From Diplonema japonicum (taxonomy: Eukaryota > Protista > Euglenozoa: Diplonemea), in contig OZ025694.1 in assembly GCA_964019335.1 (NCBI GenBank), forward strand, positions 1 through 64,000: a stretch of DNA of 64,000 nt. Reading direction: 5' to 3'. The position numbers and the translations under genes are program-made. Below the pieces are notes generated by a model. That model ran no database searches. It was not told the DNA's origin and saw only the letters and a program-made list of their open reading frames with translations. Below are positions 23,721 through 36,481 of the stretch, in pieces; positions within the stretch are counted from its first letter, which is position 1, and every line of letters starts with the position of its first letter.

Positions 23721-24715
23721 TTTTATTTATTTATTTAATTCTGTAAAAAGTTACATGAGGGAAATTCTGCAAAAGTGCCGTACATGTAAAGTATCTGATT
23801 TTTACTTTCTAATCTTGAGCCACTTTCGGTGTTCGTCTTCATTTGTAGTACCACCTGTGCTGCTGTCTCGTGGCCTTTTCGGTCTCTGGGAGCTTGAATT
23901 TCTTCATGGAATAGAGACATTATGCTTCTTTTTTTTTTTTTTTTTTTTTTCCCTAACCCCTTACAAAAAGAAAATAAACCATTGATTAAGAGTCAAAGTA
24001 AGCAACGGCCCACCGCAGTGCATGCCTGCCCTCTTGGGGTAGCCCCCCGAAAAAAACGCCTGTAAGTAAATACCTCCGGTCCCACGGAGCTTCTGGTCAT
24101 TTTTTCTCCCGGAATTGTTTTGCAGTTGTCATTTTTTTAATAAGAATGAAAAAGAATATAACATCTGGCAGCGTGAGCCCCTGATACATTCCCTGACTTA
24201 AAGATTTCACACCCTCCCCCTTCCCTGTGCCAGAGCAAATAAAAGAATGCCACCGCGGCTAAGCCTGTGGGCCTGTAAAGAAAAAAAAATAAAATAAAAT
24301 AATAATAAAAAAAAAGTTAGCTTTAAATACCACTTTCGACCCATTCTTCTTCCCCCCCCCCCCCCCCCCCCTCTTTTTCGTCCTTTTCTGTGCCACCAGC
24401 GCAACCAATAAAATACTGAAATTGCGTAAATAAGAACCCCCCCCCCCCCCCCTTATTTCAGCAAGGAAACTCTGAGACTTGACACTAAAATAAATTAACC
24501 ATACGTGCCCCCCCGGGTCGCCCTGGCAGAAGATGCTACAACTGTAATCAAGTAAGACTTAAAAAAAAAAAGAAAAAAAAAAAAAGACAGTTCTTGTGCA
24601 GGGCGCCGCCAACACCTTTTTTTCTTTTCTCCTATTCAACTGCGATAAAACCTCGTATTTTGAGGTTATGCCCAACACAATATATCAATAATTATTTATA
24701 ATTATTATTAGTATA

Positions 24716-24780
<65 letters not shown>

Positions 24781-26806
24781 TTACATTTATTGTTGCATAA
24801 GATTTTTTTAAGAAAGTTCCCACCCTTACCTTCTTTCTCTCTTTTTTTCTTCTTCTTTTTTTCTCCTCCTCCCTCTTTTTCGCTGTGAATATACTAAATC
24901 CCGGAATAGTATATTACTTGCCTCACCCCCGCCCTTTTCCCCTTGAAGGCGGCCCTCTGTGGCAAGGACATCAGAAACCAATGAGAAAAAGGGGAAGACA
25001 AAGGGTGAAAACCTTTTGTAGAAAATCCCCTTTGTTCTCACCAGCCAGCCGTACACCTCTGCACTGGGCTACGCCGTTGCAAATCCTCAATCTACCCTAA
25101 CTTCCTCCTTTTTTTTTTTTCTTTTTCTTTTTTTTTTCTTGCGTTAGATTTCAGACCCTTCTAGGAAGTGAAACACACACCCTTTTTCGACCCAAGCTTT
25201 TGGGATTCTGATGAAAAAGTTGAAGTCCAAAAGTCACCGACTCTGGGATGAATCTAACGTTGTGTTGACCCCCCCCCCCCCCCCCCCCCCCCCAGGGCTA
25301 TGTTGGCAAGGAACCGCGTTTCCAAGCTTTTTTTTTTTTTTTTTTTTGTAAAAGTGAAAAACAAAGTTTTCAAAAGCAAACATTTCTAAGGTAGAAAAAA
25401 AAAAAAAAAAAAAAAAAAAAACCCACAAGCGCCCAGAATCGGGCGGAAATCGATTTTTGGGGTGTGGTACATGGATACGGTTAAATGGCCTAGAAAAGCG
25501 CTACTTTGGAAAAACTGAAAAAAACCACCTTTGCATGGGGCTTTTGATACCCCTCTTTTTTTTCTTTTTCTTTTTCTTTTTCTTTTTTCTTTTTTTTTTT
25601 TAAACGATTCCGACCGCTCACGGAGAGGGCTAATTCTTTTGTAAGACCCCACCCGCCTGCTTTTCTTCTTTCATTCTTGGTTACCCCAGAAGAAGCTACA
25701 GCTCGGCCGAGGTGCGCCCCCTGTAATCAAGTAGGTAGTTCGTGCTTCATTGCACGCTTAATGCCACTTAGCGTTGCAATCAAAGTCCCATTCTTTTATT
25801 TCTCAGTGAATTTTTGTTAACTTATTGTTTACATTTTGGCAACCTACAAAACCGAAACGAATCCAAAAAGAAGAAAAAAAAAAAATCACAGACAAAACTT
25901 GTGGAATAACAAACATCTGAAAAACTTATCAAGCGCCCTCTTCAGAATTGTGTTGTGGGGGGAGAGACTTGTGGACACATTGGAGATGGTGGGGGGGAAA
26001 AAAAAAAAGAAGGAAAAAAAAAAGATCTCAATTAGTCTCCTCATGTCGAAAGAGGGGGTTTTTTTTTCCCGGCAAAAATGTATAAAAGAATAGTTTTTTT
26101 TTTCTTCTCCCTCTTCTTCTATTGTGCTTTAAAGTTCGATATCCTTTTTTTTCCCCTTTTCCTCCCTTTTCTGTGTTCGCCGTAGTAGGCGCTCATGGTG
26201 CACACACCACTTCATTTTTTTTAGATAGTTTTGCTTTGATCCCTATTTCAATTTTTTTTCTAAAGTTTAATAACCTCTAACATGTTGCCAGGCGTCGATG
26301 GCTTCGACTACTATATTCTAGAAAGAAAAAGGGTAACAATAGGCAATGCAATTTTACATATTAAGCTTCTGCAAAACCTGCTACCTACCCACCCCTTAGT
26401 GGAACCAGTTCAAAGGCACTTTAAGGCCAGCTTAAAAGTAGTCATGTGAACTATATCTCTTGGCTTAATGACTATAGATGGCTATAGGTGATTTTTTTTT
26501 TTTTTTTAATTTAACGTTTTCTAACTATGGTACAAGAGTAGGAGAAAGAAAGAAAAAAAAAAAAAAAAAAAAAAAAATGCCAAACAAACAAACTCGTTGT
26601 TCTTCCTTTCCCACTTCTTCTTTCTTCTCCTTTTTTTCTTTTTCTTTTTTTTTTTTTCTCTTTTTTTTTCTTAAAGAAGAGCGGCGCCTTCGTCTTGCAG
26701 CGGGCTGCTCGTTGACATTTGGTGATTCTTTGACCCTCTCTTTCCCTTTCTCCCCCTGCTAGCCCGGCACTTTTCCTTCCCTGCTTTTTAAAAAAAAAAT
26801 GTATAT

Positions 26807-28172
26807 GGGTCGATTTCAAACCCCCCCCAAAAAAAATGAGGCCAATTGACACTTTCGTTGCATCTTTGGGCCACCCCCTTTAAAAAAGATTCTCCATTTC
26901 CCGGCCCATATTAGGAAAGAACCCAGGGCAGAAATCGCTCAAGAATGCTATTTTGACCTATGAAAAATTCAGTTTTAGGGTCAAAATCGGGTTTTAGTGG
27001 TTTTGGTAAAGTCAGAGAGTATGCTTTAAACAGCAAGAAATAGCGGAACTCACTACTAGAAAGGTGGCTGAAATGATGTTGGAAGTGGAAACCTTCATTT
27101 CCTAGTCTTCTGCGGCTGAGATGTGCTGCTGCTGAGTGGGTGACCTCGTTTCTTTTTCATACTATTAGGCCTTCTACCGCATTTTGGGGGGTTTTAAGAG
27201 GCTCATTCATAGGTGTACTTGTGCTTTGGGCTTGTCATGGGGTGTCAAGTATTTTTGTAATTTGGTTACATTCTTTCTCGTTTTTCAAGTCCGGGAAGGC
27301 TATCAGGAACGTCCTCATACTCATCACAAGATTCATAGACTGGGGGCCTTTTCTCTGCCCTGTCTGCATCGAGTTCTTTGATGATGTACTTTAGTTCTTT
27401 CTAGCTCGTGGACGCGCATGTAGCAAATACACCCTCCGGTGTGCTCCTGAGCTCATATGCACCTGTAAAATCCGGAAACTCAAGAATTTTCTTTTTGTAC
27501 GGGCCAAAGACATCAGTAACTACATGCACGGTGCACCGTATCGTGTTGATGGTAGCTATTTGTTCCACAGTTTTAATTGTTGTGGATCGAGGCACCCAAA
27601 GCCAAACACGAGAGAGCACACCAGAGTGGCTGTCCCTGCTGTTTTTGCCGTGTTTCACCCCCACGAGGAAAACGTCTGATCAGGATAGACATAACGAAAA
27701 CCAAAAAGAACAAAGTAGCAAAATTCCTTTGCACGAAAGTGACGCCCACCGTCAGTCCGGAGTATCCACTCCATTTTTTTTCTTTATTTCTTTCTGTGCC
27801 CATGCTACTGTGGAACAAGTCTTTTCCAACAGTAAGGCCAGCTGCTCTTATTTCGTCATGCGATGTGGTCAAGCCTCATGCCTCTGACCAATTGGTGCCG
27901 TGTGGTGTCTTGTTGGCTACTAAACCAACCAGAAAATGATAGCAGAAGTGCCGCTAAAAGTTCCCCTTTACACACTACGCCACAAACTAGTGCAGCACAC
28001 TAGGACTGAATTTTTTGGGTACTAGTAACACTCACTTTCCAATTTTTTGGTGTGTTTTTTTTTCCTAACCTGGGCCGGGAAAGTTGTAGAATTTTTTTTC
28101 TTTGGAAAAAAGTACTTAGAGAAATATTGAAAGTGTCATCCTCATTTTGGGGTTTTTTTTGAAACGACGCCC
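26807..28172 (-). mobile_element. Decayed DDE DNA transposon, Sola2-like
   Basis: ~110-bp imperfect TIRs starting GGG (shared aaaatgagg..tgacactttc and tcccggccca blocks). The minus strand gives LRTDGGRHFRAKEFCYF and VKHGKNSRDSHSGVLSR (D...HGKxxxD). Confidence 0.55.
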
Positions 28173-28208
28173 TATTATATATAACCCGCAAACCCGAATA
28201 TATATATA

Positions 28209-29575
28209 CTGTAAAACGAAAAACTCCCGGACGGAAAAATGTCCGAGTTTTTTTGGTGTCCGGGAGTTTTTCCGTCCGGGAGTTTTTTCTGTAAGGTCGT
28301 CAGGGGGCCTGGTCCACTACCACCTACCTGGGCTGCAAACGGCAACCGCGCGAAGAAACCGCCACCGAACCACTGGGTATCTGGGTCATGTGTTTCGTGT
28401 CCGCATTATCCCTGGAAGAAGATACCGTGTGGGCATAAAGCTCAAGATTAAACTGATTGATAAAAGGCGAAAAGAAAAGAAAAAAAGGGGGGGTAGGGCT
28501 GTCTACTGTGCTACCTTGCCTCCGGGTTTGGCCGCTGCCTTCTTGCCTGCGGGCTTAGCTGCTGCCTTCTTTCTTGCAGGCTTAGCTGTTGCCTTCTTGG
28601 CGGCCCTCCTGGCGGCAGCGTCATCCAGCCGTTGCTGGGTGAGACTGGGGAGCATCTCCACTGACGAGTCTGAAGAAACGGAAAAGGTTTCTTCGGTTAT
28701 CGTCGAGACGGCGGACACGGTGGTCATGTCGGAAGATGCATCTACGTCGATGACTTCCACCGTCCATGCTCCATGTCCTGGGCAAGCCTGGACGTCTTCC
28801 CAGACCTCCTCCCAGCCCCAGTCCTCTTCCCACTCTTCCTCCCATGTTTTTCCAACAGCCAGCACACACGCAACACCGGCGTATGCAGCAAGTACCGAAA
28901 ACTCCCAAATTGGGCTCCATCCGGGTTCCAGGTAGTGGCCAAAACAGGAAGCCCAGCTGTTCCTGATCGACTGGCCGGAGACAGCATCCCAGGCTGTTTC
29001 GACCCACCTAGGAAAAAAACAGGAAAAGAAAAAGCTTCGTGGCATACCTCAAGTGAGGCCCTTTAATCGAGCTAGTAGAGGGCACCTCCCATGATTCAGC
29101 CGCCGCCCCTGAGGCAATCAGCTTGTCGAGCCTTCGTGTAGCCCACTTTTTATAACTGTTCTTAATAGATGCTTTTACAGCTGCGTTCAACCCAATATCC
29201 ATCGGTTGAACCATGTAGGTGAGCCCAGGGGGACAAAAGCAATGTGCACGTTTGTGCCTTCGAACAACTCCAAAAACTCATCGGTCGAATGACAGTTGTA
29301 GTCATCGACAAGCAGCAGAATCGACTCGTTCGGGGCAAAACCATGAGAATCGATGGTTTTACTGCAAAAAGGAAGAAACAGCTTTTTGACCCAGATACTG
29401 AGTGTATCATAATTAGCCCAATGACTGGGCGATGCCGTTAGGCTCCATTCGGTGGGCGGGTGCTTGACCCGGGGCACGGACCCTGGATAAACCCTGTCGG
29501 CTGCAGGTTCCGTTCTGCCTTTGTATATAAGTTGCGGATGCAACTTATCCCCAGCCAAGGAGACAGCCAACTGTC
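28209..29575 (-). mobile_element. 5'-truncated pogo/Tigger-like transposon (DDE_1 transposase pseudogene)
   Basis: AVSLAGDKLHPQLIYKG...SHWAN...ILLLVDDYNCH...FVP/.VQPMDIGLNAAVK...WVETAWDAVSGQSIRNSW, with a frameshift near 29215. Terminus TA|ctgtaaaacg at 28209; 40-nt GT-AG intron at 29047-29008. Confidence 0.85.
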
Positions 29576-29584
29576 CGGTTATGG

Positions 29585-29587
29585 CCC

Positions 29588-29649
<62 letters not shown>

Positions 29650-29670
29650 GGGCTCTATATATATATATAT
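29585..29670. repeat. (TA)n microsatellite, main block bracketed by inverted gcccgttt/aaacgggc
   Basis: Read directly from the sequence. Confidence 0.9.
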
Positions 29671-30257
29671 TGCTCAAAAGAGTAGTGGTAGCATTGTGGG
29701 CTTATCCTTCTACAAGTTAACCCCCTGATGGTGCACTGACAAATCAACTGACTCTTCCCCCCCCTCCCCTCCCTGCAGTTGGTTCGTGGCCGACAAGTTG
29801 TAAAAGAACCTTTAGAAAACAAAGAAATTAAATATAAAAAAAAAGGAACAAGAAACTTGTTATTTTTTTATTTTTGTGGAGCTTGCTTTCTTTGAGCTCT
29901 TTTTTTTTTTTTTTTTTTTATCCCGCGTAGACAACGGGGTACGATAAACACTAGGGGTACTGCAAACAATCAGGTCTCAAAAAAAAGAACAAGAATAAAA
30001 TGGCATGAACCCCTATCCTTGTTTCACCCCTTCCACTGTTTTAATTTCCCCGGAGTTAGCTGTATCAATTCCCTTCTTGTCTGTTCCCATTTTCACTAAT
30101 TTCCATGTTTCCTTCAGCTTGCTTATCTGTTGTAATAGATAGTACCCTCCCCAAGAAGCTGTCGCAGGTAGGACCGTCTTTTACCCTGAGTTTACTTTCC
30201 ATTCGCTTACCCTTATTGCATTCACCACAGGAGTCCATCTACTCCCATCCCCTCAAC

Positions 30258-31445
30258 ATGCAGTGGGATCTGGTAGCGGCAGCAGTGGAGGCGGTGTTGG
30301 AGGTGCTTGTGGTTGCCTCGTTCGGGGCGTACCTCGGGTACCGCAGGATGTTCCCGAAGGAGGCGATCAAGGTGGTGGACAAGCTCATCCTGCACCTCTT
30401 CATCCCGTGCCTCATCCTGGATAGTGTGGTCCCGCAGGTTCATGCATCGATGTTCCAGCAACTGTGGCCCCTCATCACGGTGTGCTTCTGGAACCTGTTC
30501 TGGGGGACCACCATCGGCTTCGCGCTCTCGGTGGCAATGCACGTGCCACACCTCCGCGGGGCCCTGCAGGCCTGCATCGCCTTCCCGAACACCACTGCTG
30601 TGGTGCTGACACTGTCGCAGTCCCTCACCGCAACGCAGCCTGTGATCGACCTGTACAGGCGCACCGCGAACTCCGCCGACGTGACGGGGAGGACGGACGG
30701 CGAGCTGCAGGTAGACCTCTTCAACAGGGCGACGGCGCTGGTGCTGACCTCGACCGTGTGGTGGAACATCGCGAAGTGGAGTCTCGCCTACAACCTGCTG
30801 GCTCCGGAAGGCGAGAAGACCTGGAAGGAGAAGGCGCTGAAGGTGGTCAACCCCCCTGTCATCGCCTGCCTCCTTGCCTTCTCCCTCGGCTTCATCCCAG
30901 GCGTGGGGTCCTGGTGGGTGGGGACTTCAAAGACAGCGACCGTTGTCGTCGGCAGCTTGCAAAAGGGCGGGAGGTGCTTGGTCCCGTGCATGCTCCTTGT
31001 CCTGGGTGGCCGCATCTACCACTCTCTCATTAGTGAGTTCAATAAAGAGCCACAGGAGCAGCCCGAGGATCTTGAGGAACCCCTATTCGAGGGCTCTGGG
31101 CTTGTGCAGGCCATTGATTCTTCTTCTGAGGATGACTCTGAAGAAGGAGACTTCGGACCACTTGTGAAGTTCTGCATCATCTTCTTCAGGCAAGGGGTGT
31201 GCCTGGGCCTTGGGGTGCTCTTCATGTGGCTGCTTTCCCACGGGTGTTCCGAAATGATGATGCTGCTCATCTGCTTCCTGCAGACGGCAGGCCCACCCAT
31301 GATCAACCTCTCTGTGATGGCAGGCCTACATGGCAACCATGAGGCGGGCCTTGCTCAGACCCTGATGGCTGCTTACTTGGTGTCTCTAGTGACTTGGGTA
31401 CTTGGCATTACGATAGCTTTGGATGTGCTGCAGTCCATCATGTAG
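30258..31445 (+). CDS. Auxin efflux carrier (AEC/PIN-LIKES, Mem_trans) family transporter, copy 1
   Basis: About 10 TM segments in two blocks around an acidic loop; motifs FIPCLI, FPNT, NPPVIA, VPCMLLVLGG, QTAGPPMINL. ATG 30258 follows the acceptor CAG at 30230. Confidence 0.85.
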   Translation: MQWDLVAAAVEAVLEVLVVASFGAYLGYRRMFPKEAIKVVDKLILHLFIPCLILDSVVPQVHASMFQQLWPLITVCFWNLFWGTTIGFALSVAMHVPHLRGALQACIAFPNTTAVVLTLSQSLTATQPVIDLYRRTANSADVTGRTDGELQVDLFNRATALVLTSTVWWNIAKWSLAYNLLAPEGEKTWKEKALKVVNPPVIACLLAFSLGFIPGVGSWWVGTSKTATVVVGSLQKGGRCLVPCMLLVLGGRIYHSLISEFNKEPQEQPEDLEEPLFEGSGLVQAIDSSSEDDSEEGDFGPLVKFCIIFFRQGVCLGLGVLFMWLLSHGCSEMMMLLICFLQTAGPPMINLSVMAGLHGNHEAGLAQTLMAAYLVSLVTWVLGITIALDVLQSIM

Positions 31446-31505
31446 GGCGCCACTGCAAGAAAAGAGAAAAGGAAGAAAGCATAATCTTCTTGTTGCCGAA
31501 AAAGA

Positions 31506-31555
<50 letters not shown>

Positions 31556-31636
31556 CATCCCGCCCTGTTCTATTCCCTTTCTGCTCTCTCCAGCGACTCT
31601 TCAGGAAGTGATATGAGACGCATACACTAATTTAAA

Positions 31637-31688
<52 letters not shown>

Positions 31689-32970
31689 ACTCAAGCGTCT
31701 TCCCACGCCTTGTAGTAGTGTAACTTCTCTTTGTTAAATAATGTCATGTCGGCTATCCTTGTGTCTTCCGTTTTGTGAACTTGCAAGCTGCTGTTGGCAG
31801 TTTTTTTCGGATTAAAATCATCCCCCCCTGGCGTAAAAAAAAGACCAGGTGGTAAAAAAAAGAAAAATTCTAACTATACGTCTACGACTATATGTCTTTG
31901 TTGTTCGCATGAGCAAGCAATATATGAAAAAGCTGCGAATATTATATTTCTTTTTCAAATGCAAATTACATAATTTAGCAAACCGCACCTAACCGGCCAC
32001 AATGAGGTAGTCACAGCGTCTGGTCCCTTGTCTGGCCGGCTGAAACCCCATTAGTTTCCACTATGCACATGAGCAGTGCAGGCTCCATGGTGGCTCCTCT
32101 ATATCGCTAAGAAGGCGGCACACCTCAACCCAGGGCCCGACATTTAAAAAGGAGGTGTAGTGGCTCGGTGAGCTGAACATGAGGAAAGCACCTCGCCTGA
32201 GGGGAGGTACAAAAAAAATATTTGCCAAAAAAAAAAAAAAAAAAAGAAAAAGAAAATTGTCGTTTTCGGTTTTTCGCCTTTCCGTTTCCTTGCCCATATT
32301 TGAGTCCTCTCTCCCTGGCAATGATGTATATAAATGGCAGCATGCATTGAAAACTTTCTATTTTGCATTTTTTTAATTTAATTTCTAAAATCAAAAACAA
32401 AACATACGCATCTAAATAAAAACAAAAAGAATCTTTTTTTAAAAAAAAGAAAAGGATAGCCCTATGAATATCTCTTTGAATTGAAAAACAGAACAGACAA
32501 AGGTGGCTTTTGGATAAGCTGGAAAAATCTTTTATTTTTTTTTACAGACAGCAAGGAAAGGGGGGAATCCACCTGAACACGATAAAACCGCTCCCCTTGG
32601 CGGTATAGGGAAAGTCTTTCCCTTCTTCCTCCCCTTGTTCTGCCCCCCTTCGTGCTGTCTGTGATGTCTTTCAGCCCCAAAGTCCCCTTCAACCCCCCCA
32701 CCCTACCTTCTTCTTTTGCTTTTTTGGTACATAGGAGTATTTGTCCCCCCACTTCTTCCTTCCAAGAAGAAAAAGGCCATTTTTCTTGATCCTCATCTTC
32801 ACGGGTTTAATCCCCTCCCCCTTTTTGTGCACCCTTTCCCCCCTTTTTGTTTACCTTTTGTTCTCTTTCTTTGTCTTACCAGTTACCGTTTTTTCCTTTT
32901 TGTCCCCCCCATTTTTTCTTTCTTTCTCCCAAGCGATCACTGCAGATGTGTTTGTGCCATTCTGAAGGGG

Positions 32971-33002
<32 letters not shown>

Positions 33003-33155
33003 AACACCTTTTTCCCCCTGCTTCTTCCATAACCTGAGAAGAAACTGTGAAAGTGTTGTTCCACTGTCCCGGGGAGGGCAAGCTTTCTTGGTAAGCGACA
33101 CGGAGGGGGTGTTCCCTAGGTGTTTGCTGATGGGCCCATAGATCATCTTAGAATA

Positions 33156-33428
33156 CTGTAAATCTCTTAATTTTTTTGTCCCGGAAAAAGAAAAAAAAAA
33201 AAAAAGGAAATTCCGAAAAAGTTGTTCCCTTTTTCGTGTTTTGTTTTTTTAGGCCACTTTTTCCACCCGACTCCGACTCCTGGTCAAATCCGAGAAATGG
33301 CCCTTTTTCCAGCCTGTAGGCTCATCACAAATGAAGGCCAAGATTCATCTCCACAGAAAGATGTCCCGAAAGAAAATGTGTCCTTTTTTTTTTTCTACCT
33401 TAGAAAACGTTATTCGTGAGATTTACAG
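33156..33428. mobile_element. TA-flanked Tc1/mariner-pogo-type MITE
   Basis: TA|ctgtaaatctc ... gagatttacag|TA. Confidence 0.6.
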
Positions 33429-34290
33429 TACTTGGGAGGAGAAAAAAAAAGGGGGGGGAGAGGGAAAGAAATACAAAAATAAAAAACAGGTAATTATCCA
33501 AAAAAAAGCTTTTTTTTTTTCCGCTCTTCAAAAATAAAGGGGGGGGGGAATGGTAGGGGAAGAGAAAGGATGACACAAACAACTCGGAGGGGCAGGCCTT
33601 ACCTTATCAAGAGAAATGAAAGTATTCGATAGGGCTAGTGCCTCGGTGATGCTTATTTTTGTATCCGCCTTCGTCTTTCTCTCCCCCCCCCCTCCCCTAA
33701 TTCGATACTTGTTTCTGTGTCCTTACCTTTGCTTTAGGCAAAGAAAACTGGGTACAAATTTCATTTCAAATTCAATCTTCAATCTTCTCTTTTTCTTCTT
33801 TATCATTTAGCGCTTTTTTGTAGCCATCAAGACATCATTAAGATGCTTTTCTCCACTCTTCACATCACCTCCTGAAGAGGCCTTATAAATGTTCAAGGGA
33901 GCCTTTATCTTAGACCGGTGACTTGGACTTATCAGGATTTGCTGTAGAGGCACTTGATGACCTTACCTGAGGAGGTTTCCTTACAACTCGCATCTCTATT
34001 TTGTGTTCGTGCGCTGGTCAAGAATCTGCCTCGCAAAGGAGTTTTTTCTTTTTTGGGGGGAGGTGGGGGATAAGAATACCTTAGTTGAATTTCCCCCTCC
34101 TCCTCCTCCGTTTTCTTTAGCCATAGCCCAGCACAGTAGAGATGTGGGACGTTCTTTTTGACCCCCCCCTTTTTTTTCCCTTCTCACCTCCCTGCGGCCT
34201 TTTCTTCTTCTAGCTCCTTTTATTTCTGCTAATCTCGTTTTGCTCCAGAAATTTTGTTAACAGGAGTCCATCTACTCCCATCCCCTCAAC

Positions 34291-35520
34291 ATGCAGTGGG
34301 ATCTGGTAGCGGCAGCAGTAAAGGCGGTGTTGGAGGTGCTTGTGGTTGCCTCGTTCGGGGCGTACCTCGGGTACCGCAGGATGTTCCCGAAGGAGGCGAT
34401 CAAGGTGGTGGACAAGCTCATCCTGCACCTCTTCATCCCGTGCCTCATCCTGGATAGTGTGGTCCCGCAGGTTCATGCATCGATGTTCCAGCAACTGTGG
34501 CCCCTCATCACGGTGTGCTTCTGGAACCTGTTCTGGGGGACCACCATCGGCTTCGCGCTCTCGGTGGCAATGCACGTGCCACACCTCCGCGGGGCCCTGC
34601 AGGCCTGCATCGCCTTCCCGAACACCACTGCTGTGGTGCTGACACTGTCGCAGTCCCTCACCGCAACGCAGCCTGTGATCGACCTGTACAGGCGCACCGC
34701 GAACTCCGCCGACGTGACGGGGAGGACGGACGGCGAGCTGCAGGTAGACCTCTTCAACAGGGCGACGGCGCTGGTGCTGACCTCGACCGTGTGGTGGAAC
34801 ATCGCGAAGTGGAGTCTCGCCTACAACCTGCTGGCTCCGGAAGGCGAGAAGACCTGGAAGGAGAAGGCGCTGAAGGTGGTCAACCCCCCTGTCATCGCCT
34901 GCCTCCTTGCCTTCTCCCTCGGCTTCATCCCAGGCGTGGGGTCCTGGTGGGTGGGGACTTCAAAGACAGCGACCGTTGTCGTCGGCAGCTTGCAAAAGGG
35001 CGGGAGGTGCTTGGTCCCGTGCATGCTCCTTGTCCTGGGTGGCCGCATCTACCACTCTCTCATTAGTGAGTTCAACGCAGCCGAGCAGCAAGAAGACGTG
35101 GAGGCACCCCTATATGAGGGGGTGGGGCTAGAGGTCAGCACTAGACTACAGGAAATTGACGAACCTACAGACGACGAGGCAGGTGACGAGGATGAGAAGA
35201 TAGACATCAGAGCGCCAGAGATGGAAGGGTTCACGCCACGTGTGAAGTTCTGCATCATCTTCTTCAGGCAAGGGGTGTGCCTGGGCCTTGGGGTGCTCTT
35301 CATGTGGCTCCTGTCTTTCTGGTGTTCCGAAATGATGATGCTGCTCATCTGCTTCCTGCAGACGGCAGGCCCACCCATGATCAACCTCTCTGTGATGGCA
35401 GGCCTACATGGCAACCATGAGGCGGGCCTTGCTCAGACCCTGATGGCTGCTTACCTGGTGTCCATTGTGACTTGGGTACTTGGGATCACTGTTGCTTTAG
35501 GTGTTCTGCAGCAGCTTTAG
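34291..35520 (+). CDS. AEC/PIN-LIKES family transporter, copy 2
   Basis: Nearly identical to copy 1 except for the acidic loop and the C-terminal end. Confidence 0.88.
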   Translation: MQWDLVAAAVKAVLEVLVVASFGAYLGYRRMFPKEAIKVVDKLILHLFIPCLILDSVVPQVHASMFQQLWPLITVCFWNLFWGTTIGFALSVAMHVPHLRGALQACIAFPNTTAVVLTLSQSLTATQPVIDLYRRTANSADVTGRTDGELQVDLFNRATALVLTSTVWWNIAKWSLAYNLLAPEGEKTWKEKALKVVNPPVIACLLAFSLGFIPGVGSWWVGTSKTATVVVGSLQKGGRCLVPCMLLVLGGRIYHSLISEFNAAEQQEDVEAPLYEGVGLEVSTRLQEIDEPTDDEAGDEDEKIDIRAPEMEGFTPRVKFCIIFFRQGVCLGLGVLFMWLLSFWCSEMMMLLICFLQTAGPPMINLSVMAGLHGNHEAGLAQTLMAAYLVSIVTWVLGITVALGVLQQL

Positions 35521-36481
35521 TTAAATTCGCACTTTCTAGTATTCGATTGGGTGTAGTTCATCACCTCACCATTTTTGTTCTATCCTTACTCTTCTCTTTC
35601 CTTTCCCCCGCTACTTTCGTTGTGAGGCAGATTAAAAAAAAAAAAGATCATCCCTGATCTTTTTTCTCTTTTTTTTCTTCAATTGCCTTCATACGAGATA
35701 GATAGATAAATACCTGTGGTCACAACCACTGGTCCCCCTTTTAATCAAAAAAGAAAACTTGTCAACTTCTAAGAATAGAAACCTGTTTGAACAAAAGAAC
35801 CAGGAGAAAAAAAAAAGGGACAAGAAAACAAAATTGCATCGAGACATTTAGTGGAGACCTCAAGAGGGCAGGTATACAGTACTACTCCGCATTCATCCCA
35901 TTAAAGGGTGATGATAAAAAAAAAAAAAAAAAAAAGAGAGCTCGTTCTCAAAATGCCCTTCTCTATCTAGCGTCTTGTGTGGTGTTCCTTCCGCAAGTTC
36001 TGTGTTACTTCTTCTTTTATTCTTTTTCTTTTCCCTCTTTTTTTTTAATTTTCTTTACTGCCGTTATCCAACCACCCGCTATTGGGTGTGCATGTAACTG
36101 TGTTGGGCCTCCATCCCTGCCCTTTTGAATCGTCCACAAAGAGTCCCTCTTCTTTTATATGCAATATGGTTAAAAATGATAATATACTTGTGTTCTTTGT
36201 GCCGAGTAAGGATGCACTTTCTGCAGGTTGTGTTACGCTTTTTCCCCTTGCGCGAAAAATAATTCTTTTTCTTTCGGCACGATCCTTATGAGAAAAGAAA
36301 AAGAAACAAAAAAAAGAAGAAAAAAAAACTTAAAAAAAAAGTGAAAAAAACCCCTCTCTTCCTCATCTAACTCTCTTCGTACCTTCCCCTCTTCTCTCTT
36401 CCTCTCTTCTTCTTTTTTTTTTCCCCCCTTCAAGTTCTAAAATTCTCCTGCTTCAATCATGCATAATAGTGTTTTTTTCAC

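Noticed and set aside
30105-30257. N-terminal extensions in the ORF track (also 5932-6147, 17832-17906, 45728-45766, 54020-54121)
   Set aside because: They run through polypyrimidine tracts and acceptor AGs; paralog identity begins only at the acceptor.
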